Of a stretch of 64,000 nt of DNA, positions 56,823-64,000 are shown in pieces (the first letter of the stretch is position 1; every line of letters begins with the position of its first letter). The position numbers were made by a program, and so were the translations under genes. The notes beneath the pieces were generated by a model. That model was not told the DNA's origin, searched no databases, and saw only the letters and a program-made list of their open reading frames with translations. The DNA comes from Candidatus Aenigmatarchaeota archaeon (lineage in GTDB: Archaea; Aenigmatarchaeota; Aenigmatarchaeia; CG10238-14; SCSR01). Location: assembly GCA_038998335.1 (NCBI GenBank), contig JAVZHQ010000001.1:256001-320000 (forward strand). The letters are read 5' to 3'.

Positions 56823-58343
56823 CTAAATAAGATGGAATTCTTTTGGTGTCTTCCCAAACCTTTTAGCAAACTCCCTAGGCCATTTCTTTGAGTCTAAACC
56901 TTTTTGAGCAAGAAAAGCTACAACCCATCTTTCCAAGCCAATTCCTGAGCATCCAGACCAAACCTCTTTTCCGCTAGAAGTTTTAAAATCCCAAGCATCG
57001 CTAAACTTGGTTCCTGCAACTGTTATATTCTGAAACTCTAACCATTCAGAGCTTTCCCTTGACCCGCGAAAAGGAAGCCAAGCTTCGAAGTCTATGGTTC
57101 CTTTTTCTTTTTCTGTTTCCCCTACTTGACCAGCTTGAGCCATGTACCAAGGTGTAACCCATGCCATCCTCCATTCTATGTCTAGAATTTTTTCGAAAAC
57201 GTACTTATACCTTTCAACAAGCTTTTCCCTTATTTCTAAGGCTTGTTCTTTTGTTCCAAGCCAAATTAACTCTATCCTGTGAAACTCGCAAACCCTTTCT
57301 ATTCCGTGTAAGCCTCCTGCTTCCCATCGCATGCTTGTTCCAGAAGCATCCCAAACTTTTATGGGCAAATCTTCTTCTCTCAAACTTTTTTTCTCAAAAT
57401 ACCAATAAAAGGGTGGACATTGAGCAAAGCATACTCCAAGCCTTGGGGGTTCGAGCTTTTCCTTTAATTGCTCATAAGGAATTTTGTTCGTAACTTTTAC
57501 GTAATCTGCAAAATCCTCCCAGAATTTTTGATCATAGGTTAAAGGTTTGCTCACATAAAAAAAAGAATTAGAAGAGCCTGGAACATGACCTGTGCGAAGC
57601 CAAACTTCTAAAGGAGTAACTTTTGGCAAAATTACTTCCTCAAACTTTAAGGGTTTAATCACTTCCTTTATTGCTATTTGTTGCATTGTTCTGAAGATTT
57701 TTGTAGGGATTGGTGTGTAAAGCCAAACTCCTGTATCAAACCTTTTAATCCATCCTAGCTTTTCCATTTCTTCTGAAGGGTCTTTATCCCAAACAGGCTT
57801 TTTCTCTTTGCTCTTCCATATAAGCTCCCAATGTTCTGCCTTTCCTCCGTATTCTTGAAGCTCGATTTTTTCCTCAACTCTTCTTAAAATCCTTTCAACG
57901 TAGCGATCTTCTAAGGCAGTAGAATCTAAGTTTTGAAGTTTAATCATAAGCTCGTTTCCCTTAACTTCAGCATCTTTAAACCAAGGAACCTTTACTTGAA
58001 TTTTTTCTTTTGGTAGTTTTTTTGGCGTGTACCTTATCTCATAGTATTTGACAAAAATGTTTCTTACTCCTATTCCATAATCTTTTCCAAATTTTTCAGA
58101 AAGAAAGTTTCTTAACCTTAAGAAAGCATCGTGTGGGCGCAAATAAGTTGTGCCTTCTATAGTAAGCAAAAGCTTTGAACCTTCTATTGACCAATGAACT
58201 ATTCTTGAACCTTCTTGTTCAGGAGGAACTCCTTTTTTAAACAACTCAGAGTTGATTTCTTTTGCAACAAGCTTAGGAAAGTCTAATTTAACTGGTTCTA
58301 AAGGTTTGCTAAATTCCATAACTCCTTCTAGTATTAGCCTCAT
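56823..58343 (-). CDS. serS: Seryl-tRNA synthetase, type 2 (methanogen-type)
   Basis: N-terminal alpha/beta domain (YLRPHDAFLRL), FAQCPPFY, RWEAGGLHGIERVCEFHRIE, WSGCSGIGLERW. Confidence 0.9.
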   Translation of the reverse strand: MRLILEGVMEFSKPLEPVKLDFPKLVAKEINSELFKKGVPPEQEGSRIVHWSIEGSKLLLTIEGTTYLRPHDAFLRLRNFLSEKFGKDYGIGVRNIFVKYYEIRYTPKKLPKEKIQVKVPWFKDAEVKGNELMIKLQNLDSTALEDRYVERILRRVEEKIELQEYGGKAEHWELIWKSKEKKPVWDKDPSEEMEKLGWIKRFDTGVWLYTPIPTKIFRTMQQIAIKEVIKPLKFEEVILPKVTPLEVWLRTGHVPGSSNSFFYVSKPLTYDQKFWEDFADYVKVTNKIPYEQLKEKLEPPRLGVCFAQCPPFYWYFEKKSLREEDLPIKVWDASGTSMRWEAGGLHGIERVCEFHRIELIWLGTKEQALEIREKLVERYKYVFEKILDIEWRMAWVTPWYMAQAGQVGETEKEKGTIDFEAWLPFRGSRESSEWLEFQNITVAGTKFSDAWDFKTSSGKEVWSGCSGIGLERWVVAFLAQKGLDSKKWPREFAKRFGKTPKEFHLI

Positions 58344-58386
58344 AACAATCAATAACTTGATTTAGTTCTTGAATTAAATATAATTT

Positions 58387-59682
58387 ATGCCAGAAAGTTT
58401 AAAAAGAGCTCTTACTTTTAAGGATGTAGTAATCCTTGGAGTTGCAATAATAATTGGAGCAGGAATCTATAGCATAATAGGAAAAGCTGTAGGAATTGCA
58501 GGCTATTCGGTTTGGGTTTCTGTAATTTTTGCAGGCGTAGTTACTTGTTTTACTGGCTTGAGCTTTGCTGAAATGACGAGCATTTATCCAAAAACTTATG
58601 GCTATTTTAAGCTAATTAAAACTGCTTTGGAAAGTATGGGAGGAAAAGTTTGGGGTTTTGTAGTTGAATGGATTTTGGTTTTAGCTTGCATATTTGCTAT
58701 AGCAACAATTTCTTTAGCTTTTGGAGGCTATTTTTCTAGTTTTGTTTCTTCTGATAAAGTTTTGGCAGCAGTTTTAATAATACTCTTTTCTGCTTTTGTT
58801 TCTTATGTAGGAGTAAAGGAATCTGTAAGTATTACGATAATTTTTTCCCTAGCAGAAATCTTAGGCTTGATAGTGGTAATAGTGCTTGGGATTTTCTTCT
58901 TAAGGCCTGACGTAAAAGTTTTGCTTGATTTTAAGTTTGATTCTAACATATTCTATGCTGCTTCTCTTATATTTTTTGCTTTTACCGGTTTTGAGCTAAT
59001 TCCTGCTCAAGCAGAAGAAACTCAAAGTGCAGAAAAATTTGTTCCTAAGGCTATAGTTGCTTCAATACTCATTTGCACGCTGATTTATTGTTTGGTTTCT
59101 ATCGCAGTTACAAACTTGTTAGAGCCTAGCATGTTAGAAGTTTCACAAGCTCCTTTGGTTGATGCAGTTTCAGCAAAGTTTGGAAGCAGCTTTGGTTGGT
59201 TTTTATGGATTTGCGCTATAATCTCAATTGTTACAACAGTTTTAGGCGTAACTATAACGAGCTCAAGACTTGTTTATGGTTTAGCAAAAGAAAAACTCTT
59301 TCCTATTTTCCTTTCAAAAGTTTCTAAAAGGTTTAAAACTCCTAGTCTAGCTATTTTCACAATAGCTTTTCTCTCAGCTATAACCACTTTTTTGATAAAG
59401 GATTTGAAAACCACGGCCGAGATTGCAAACTTCTTAACAATACTAACTTTTTACTTGGTAAACATTTCTGTAATAGTTTTAAGATGGACAAAGCCAAGAA
59501 TACCGAGAGGCTTTAAAGTTCCTTTAAACTTTAAAAACACTCCTATACCTTCTTTAACAGCAAGTATTTTCTGCATGTTTTTGCTCTTTCATTTTCCTTT
59601 TGTAATAATTTTTAACGCAGTTTTTATCATAGGTTTAGGAATAGTTTTTTACTTTTTGACAAGGGAAAAATTTTTCGCTTAA
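58387..59682 (+). CDS. APC-family amino acid permease
   Basis: IIGAGIY, FFAFTGFE, AEE; about 12 TM segments. Confidence 0.92.
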   Translation: MPESLKRALTFKDVVILGVAIIIGAGIYSIIGKAVGIAGYSVWVSVIFAGVVTCFTGLSFAEMTSIYPKTYGYFKLIKTALESMGGKVWGFVVEWILVLACIFAIATISLAFGGYFSSFVSSDKVLAAVLIILFSAFVSYVGVKESVSITIIFSLAEILGLIVVIVLGIFFLRPDVKVLLDFKFDSNIFYAASLIFFAFTGFELIPAQAEETQSAEKFVPKAIVASILICTLIYCLVSIAVTNLLEPSMLEVSQAPLVDAVSAKFGSSFGWFLWICAIISIVTTVLGVTITSSRLVYGLAKEKLFPIFLSKVSKRFKTPSLAIFTIAFLSAITTFLIKDLKTTAEIANFLTILTFYLVNISVIVLRWTKPRIPRGFKVPLNFKNTPIPSLTASIFCMFLLFHFPFVIIFNAVFIIGLGIVFYFLTREKFFA

Positions 59683-60752
59683 CTTGTAACTTCAAACTGC
59701 TTAAAAGTTTCAACAAGCTTTTTGTTTTCAGGTTTTTCAAAATGCTCTCTTACTGGTTTAATTATTTTATCAAGCTCTCTTGCAACGTTTAGCTTTAAGT
59801 CTTGGGGATGAACTTTTCCTTCTCTAAAAGCTTTTTCCAGTTCTTCGTAACTTTCAAAAGTTATGTTACCGCCATACTTCCTTTCTCTTTCTACTTCAAA
59901 ACTTCTGTTTTCTCGGAAAATTATGTACTTTGCAATTTCTAATACAGGATTATTTTCAACTACTTTTTCAGGGCACCAAGCCTTTCTTAATTTTTCTTCT
60001 ATTTCTTCTTTTTTATCATGAACAAAAATGCAAGTCCAAGGTTTTGACTTGCTCATTTTTGCTGCTATAGTTTTTTCTAACTTTTCTTTTGTTTTTATTT
60101 CTGGTGGCTTAGCTAAGCCAGGAAGCAAGTGGTGATGAATTGCTATGGGCTTTTTCCACCCTAGCTTAGGAAAAACTTCTCTACATAAAACATGGGCTTT
60201 TCTTTGGTCCATTCCACCATGAGCTATGTCTTTACCTAAGTATTTCACATCCATGCATTGCAAAGGAGGATAAATAAATTGAGAAAAGTCAAGCTTTTCC
60301 TTCTCGCTTCTTCCCATTATCGTTAGGCAGCGAGTAACTCTTGGCAAAGTTATTTTTTTGCAAAACCTTACTAAATCTTTCCAATACTCATCGTTATTAT
60401 GGTAAAGCTCTGAACCTAAAACAATCTCAGCTTTTGGGCAAAAAAACTTAAAACCTTCTGCAAAGTATTCAGAAGCTTTTTTTATGTTTTCCCAGTTTCC
60501 TCCAAGCTTGTTGTTGATAAAAGTGTGCCAGTCTGCAAGGAAAACTTTACATTTTATTCCTGCTTCTGCTAAATCGTTTATCTTGTAGCCGCAAATTAAT
60601 AAAGTACCTATATGTAATAAACCAGAGATTTCAAAACCTATGTAATGCTCAGGTTTGTCGTTGGTTTCAAGCAATTGTTTCAATTCTTCTTCTGTTAGTA
60701 TTTCTTCTGTTGGTGGTCTTTTTATAAGCTCAAGTTTTGTTTCTAGGTCCAT
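59679..60752 (-). CDS. tyrS: Tyrosyl-tRNA synthetase
   Basis: YIGFEISGLLHIG, GGMDQRKAH, KMSKS. Confidence 0.95.
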   Translation of the reverse strand: MDLETKLELIKRPPTEEILTEEELKQLLETNDKPEHYIGFEISGLLHIGTLLICGYKINDLAEAGIKCKVFLADWHTFINNKLGGNWENIKKASEYFAEGFKFFCPKAEIVLGSELYHNNDEYWKDLVRFCKKITLPRVTRCLTIMGRSEKEKLDFSQFIYPPLQCMDVKYLGKDIAHGGMDQRKAHVLCREVFPKLGWKKPIAIHHHLLPGLAKPPEIKTKEKLEKTIAAKMSKSKPWTCIFVHDKKEEIEEKLRKAWCPEKVVENNPVLEIAKYIIFRENRSFEVERERKYGGNITFESYEELEKAFREGKVHPQDLKLNVARELDKIIKPVREHFEKPENKKLVETFKQFEVTS

Positions 60753-60790
60753 AATTTCATATTTTTTTAAATAAATTAAAAAGGATTGGG

Positions 60791-60806
60791 TGTTAGACGT
60801 CTAACA
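60791..60806. repeat. 16-bp perfect palindrome, copy 1
   Basis: TGTTAGACGTCTAACA between tfb stop and tyrS start. Confidence 0.95.
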
Positions 60807-60817
60807 TCCAAAAATTT

Positions 60818-61750
60818 TTAAAGCTCAACTATAAACATAAGTCTTTCTACAAGTTCTTTATACCTGTTCCTTATTGTAACTTCTGTGCATCTCATTTTCT
60901 CGGCCAAATCTCTTTGAGTTATCCTTTCTCCTGTTAAAACAGAAGCTATATAAGCAGCAGCTGCTGCTAAACCAGTAGGAGCTTTCCCAAGAGTTAGCCT
61001 AGCTTGTTTAGCAGCTAAAAGTATTTTGTAAGCTACGTCTTCCGTTTTACCAGATTTACCAGCTTCATTTAATGGTCTAGAAACATACTCTCCAGGAGAA
61101 GGAGGAGGCAATTTATAGCCCAATTCTTTTACTATAAATCTATAACTTCTTCCTATTTCTGTTTTCCTAAGACCAGAAATTTCAGAAACTTGATCGATCG
61201 ATCTAGGTATTCCTAATTGCCTGCATGATAAATAAACACTAGCAACAGCAAGCCCCTCTAAAGACCTTCCACGTGAAATTCTTTCTTTTAAGGCTTTTCT
61301 AAGAATAAGAGAAGCGTTTTCCATGGCATTTTTTGGTAGTTCCAGTTTGTTACTTATCTTGATGATTTGATCTAAACCCAAAGCCAAGCTTCGTTCGTTA
61401 GCGTCAGAAACTCTCATCCTTGTCTGCCACTTTCTTAAGCGATAAGATGTTTCCTTTTGTTGTGGCTTTAAAGGCTTTCCATACGCATCACGATCGAGAT
61501 TACTGATTGATGTCATTAGACCCATGTCGTGAAGTGTGTAAGTTAAAGGTGCACCACTTCTTGGCCTTTTTTCTCTTTGCTCTTCGTCAAAAGCTCTCCA
61601 CTCCGGACCTTTATCGTAAATCTTTTGTGCTATAACAAGACCACAATTGCTACATACATCTTCTCCTGTGTCGTAATCTTTTATTATGTTCTTGCTACCA
61701 CACTCAGGACATTTTTCAACTCTTGCTCTCAACAAAGGTTTTTCTTCCAT
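60818..61750 (-). CDS. tfb: Transcription initiation factor B
   Basis: CPECGS...CSNCG Zn ribbon, GPEWRAF, RLRKWQ, TEVTIRNRYKEL. Confidence 0.95.
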   Translation of the reverse strand: MEEKPLLRARVEKCPECGSKNIIKDYDTGEDVCSNCGLVIAQKIYDKGPEWRAFDEEQREKRPRSGAPLTYTLHDMGLMTSISNLDRDAYGKPLKPQQKETSYRLRKWQTRMRVSDANERSLALGLDQIIKISNKLELPKNAMENASLILRKALKERISRGRSLEGLAVASVYLSCRQLGIPRSIDQVSEISGLRKTEIGRSYRFIVKELGYKLPPPSPGEYVSRPLNEAGKSGKTEDVAYKILLAAKQARLTLGKAPTGLAAAAAYIASVLTGERITQRDLAEKMRCTEVTIRNRYKELVERLMFIVEL

Positions 61751-61797
61751 GTTGACTTATTCTCTAATAAGTTGTTTAATTTTAAAAGTTTTTTAGG

Positions 61798-61813
61798 TGT
61801 TAGACGTCTAACA
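61798..61813. repeat. 16-bp perfect palindrome, copy 2
   Basis: TGTTAGACGTCTAACA between cas2-like stop and tfb start. Confidence 0.95.
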
Positions 61814-61853
61814 TTTAAAAAATTTATTCTCCATCATAATTTGCCTTTAAAAA

Positions 61854-62063
61854 TTAAACTGAAATTACTTTCTTCTCAAGAAGAATTGCTTCCCCACCTT
61901 GGTTTTTTATTCTTGTTGCTATTAACCTTAAAGTTTTTATGTCATCGCTTTCCCAAACAGAATGCTGAATTTTTTCTGCTCTAATTGCTTTTAAAGCTCT
62001 GTTTACTTGAACTTGCAAGACTTTTTTATCTCTTGGGATGTCGTAAATTATTATGTACTTCAT
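61854..62063 (-). CDS. Stand-alone Cas2/VapD/PaaX-central-domain-like protein
   Basis: YIIIYDIP...KIQHSVW; 69 aa; no cas1 or array in window. Confidence 0.7.
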   Translation of the reverse strand: MKYIIIYDIPRDKKVLQVQVNRALKAIRAEKIQHSVWESDDIKTLRLIATRIKNQGGEAILLEKKVISV

Positions 62064-62067
62064 AAGT

Positions 62068-62083
62068 TGTTATACGTCTAACA
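62068..62083. repeat. 16-bp palindrome, copy 3 (one mismatch)
   Basis: TGTTATACGTCTAACA, 4 nt upstream of the cas2-like ATG. Confidence 0.9.
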
Positions 62084-62102
62084 AGCTTAAAAATTTTTCT
62101 AG

Positions 62103-62118
62103 TGTTAGACGTCTAACA
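62103..62118. repeat. 16-bp perfect palindrome, copy 4
   Basis: TGTTAGACGTCTAACA; supplies the stop codon of the SUI1-like ORF. Confidence 0.95.
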
Positions 62119-62431
62119 TAAAAAATAAAAAAAGAAGGGAGGTTAAGGAAAGTTTTTGTAAGATTTCAACAATTTTAGCAGGTTCGTGAATGCCTCTGAG
62201 AACTATTTCCTTTTGGTTGATGCTACCACTAGTGTTGAGAGCTTTTTGAAGTTCTTTTAAAGCTCTCTTTCTCCACGCTTCACTTTTTGTTATTTCTCCG
62301 CTGACTATTGTACAACCATTAGATGTTTTTTGAATCTTTACTTCGCATATTTTCTTTTCCTTCTCATCTTTAAGAGGACAAGAGCAATCTTTCTTAAGAT
62401 CTTTTGGCATACCACAAGCTTTACACGCCAT
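62105..62431 (-). CDS. Divergent aIF1/SUI1 paralog
   Basis: CKACGMP...CSC and ELQKALNTSGSINQKEIVLRGIH versus QLKQKLACGGTFKKGHIELQGDH of the copy at 49379. Confidence 0.65.
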   Translation of the reverse strand: MACKACGMPKDLKKDCSCPLKDEKEKKICEVKIQKTSNGCTIVSGEITKSEAWRKRALKELQKALNTSGSINQKEIVLRGIHEPAKIVEILQKLSLTSLLFLFFMLDV

Positions 62432-62452
62432 TCTCCCATCCTCTCTATTCAA

Positions 62453-63004
62453 TCAGATTTTTCTCATAACTTTTTTTGCAGTTTTTTTACCAGCATAGAA
62501 AAATCCTACTACTACTAATGCTGTTATTATCAGGCCTATTACAAGGAAGATTATTGCCTTAGAGCTATCTTTGCTATCTTCAACACTTTCTATTAATGAT
62601 TCGATTATTCCCATATCTTTGATACTTTCGAACGATCTTAGCCACACATTTATATCCCAAAGAAGAGCTAAGGTATTGTATATCGATACAAGTATACCTC
62701 TTAAAGACCTTGTACGTATTGCCTCTATCCATCCGTTGATAGTTATTACCACGCCAAGTAAAATTATCGGAAGCCCAACTATCACGTTTATAGGTAATAG
62801 GAACTGAGTGCTCAAGATGTTCAAAGCAATGCCCACAAGAATAAAAGTGTAGTAGAAGCCTACAAGCGCCAAAGCAAGGACAACTAAAGCTATTGCTTTT
62901 TCACCTTTCCCTTTTGAAATACCCCAAAGAAGCCCTGAAGCGTATGCATTCCAGCAGGAGACGAAGAAATTCCAAGCTATGATTAGCCACAAGAGCAAAT
63001 CCAT
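62453..63004 (-). CDS. Multi-pass membrane protein
   Basis: About 5 TM segments; start set at ATG 63004 after GGAGG. Confidence 0.65.
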   Translation of the reverse strand: MDLLLWLIIAWNFFVSCWNAYASGLLWGISKGKGEKAIALVVLALALVGFYYTFILVGIALNILSTQFLLPINVIVGLPIILLGVVITINGWIEAIRTRSLRGILVSIYNTLALLWDINVWLRSFESIKDMGIIESLIESVEDSKDSSKAIIFLVIGLIITALVVVGFFYAGKKTAKKVMRKI

Positions 63005-63121
63005 TTCTCTTTTTCCTCCACTCCTTTTTTCCTTCCCTTTTCTGGAGTTTTGCCGCTCCAGGCCTAGGGAAGAGAGGCCCTCTGGTTTTACCTTCATCGA
63101 CGGAAAAAAAGAAGGGGGGGA

Positions 63122-64000
63122 TTAAGCGATATTTATGGCTAGTATTTGCATCGTTAAGTCTGGTAGAAGAGCAGCAACGTATAATGTTTTAGTCGTTTCT
63201 TTTGTTTGGTACCAAAGGTATACTTTATCAATGTTGTTTGGTACACACACCTCTTGGACAAACCTCTGAATTACAGGCTTTACTTCGTCCCATGCTTGTG
63301 TTATCTTGAAGTCTATAGTAGCGAAGTATTCTGCAATCATTGGGTTTACTACACTTGGGGTTTTGATTGTAAGACCAAAGCTAATAAGCTCCTCTTTAAC
63401 TTTTTCTATCCTTTCTTCCTCGCCTTTAAGAAGACCTTTTGTTATGGCAATGTAAGCCTTTGAGGCTGCTGTCAGCACTTCTTCAGAGCTTGGGTTTGGG
63501 CTTAGAAGATAATAGCCAATTTTCCCAGTTGTTCCATCGATTGCTACTACCATAGTAACTTTCATCACTGTCGGAGTTATAGTATAGTAAGGAATAAAGA
63601 ATACCGGCTTCTCGTCGATTAGGTAGAGAATAAGGTTTCCTTCTTCCCATTGTTGCCCTTGTTGTTTTCTTGTTGTTAAAATATATTGAATCTCTGAGTT
63701 TGTGTTTACCGAATCTAGAAGTAATTGAATTGCCAAAGCATTTTTTATTGGCACAAAGAATTTTTCACCATTTCCTAGAAATATGTAAACTCCCGCTACC
63801 TGCCTTGCGCTCCATTGACCTGGCTCTGGTTTTTGTTTATAGAGTTCTACTATTCTTATTCCAGCGTATGTGAGTTTTCCTTGGTAATATATTGGAATGT
63901 ATCTTATGTCGTCGAATTTTATGTTGAAGTAGTTCCAGTTTCTATCAACAGGAAAATCAAACATGTTCAAAGTTTTATACCAGCTGTCCCAATCGTTAGC
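63122..64000 (-). CDS. Protein resembling the UPF0182 C-terminal region, 5'-truncated by window edge
   Basis: Frame open to 64000; GNLILYLIDEKPVFFIPYY...VVAIDG resembles GNLLxxP...LYVEP.Y. Confidence 0.45.
   Translation of the reverse strand, partial: ANDWDSWYKTLNMFDFPVDRNWNYFNIKFDDIRYIPIYYQGKLTYAGIRIVELYKQKPEPGQWSARQVAGVYIFLGNGEKFFVPIKNALAIQLLLDSVNTNSEIQYILTTRKQQGQQWEEGNLILYLIDEKPVFFIPYYTITPTVMKVTMVVAIDGTTGKIGYYLLSPNPSSEEVLTAASKAYIAITKGLLKGEEERIEKVKEELISFGLTIKTPSVVNPMIAEYFATIDFKITQAWDEVKPVIQRFVQEVCVPNNIDKVYLWYQTKETTKTLYVAALLPDLTMQILAINIA

Noticed and set aside
61854-62118. CRISPR-Cas locus
   Set aside because: No cas1 or other cas genes. The repeats are 16-bp palindromes separated by about 990, 254 and 19 bp, not a regular repeat-spacer array.
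63005-63100. Hammerhead ribozyme or known riboswitch
   Set aside because: No CUGAUGA core and no riboswitch consensus I can recognise. Kept only as an unexplained structured leader.

Overview
AT-rich archaeal chromosome segment. The archaeal r-proteins, TFB, NurA, Cbf5 and compact genes suggest a DPANN lineage such as Aenigmarchaeota; this is inference only. Housekeeping content: a ribosomal-protein superoperon broken at S14|S8 into two divergent halves and interrupted by non-ribosomal ORFs, carAB-pyrBI, a split MetRS, TyrRS, a type-2 (methanogen-type) SerRS, oapABC with a prepilin peptidase, tRNA-Gly(TCC) and an intron-containing tRNA-Ser(TGA). Most notable observations: (1) the 59-nt tRNA-Ser intron is a complete box C/D guide RNA; (2) cbf5 carries a 12-nt BHB/BHL micro-intron with a stop codon inside the catalytic Asp codon, and apparently starts at ATC; (3) a stand-alone Cas2-like gene and a TFB gene are bracketed by four copies of the 16-bp palindrome TGTTAGACGTCTAACA, next to a divergent second aIF1/SUI1; (4) a ~6.7-kb cluster alternates three paralogous coiled-coil/winged-helix proteins with two paralogous large SAM-methyltransferase proteins, one carrying multiple DNA-binding repeats. 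No CRISPR array, rRNA or recognisable transposase/integrase was seen. All family calls come from motif recognition by eye; no database search was run.
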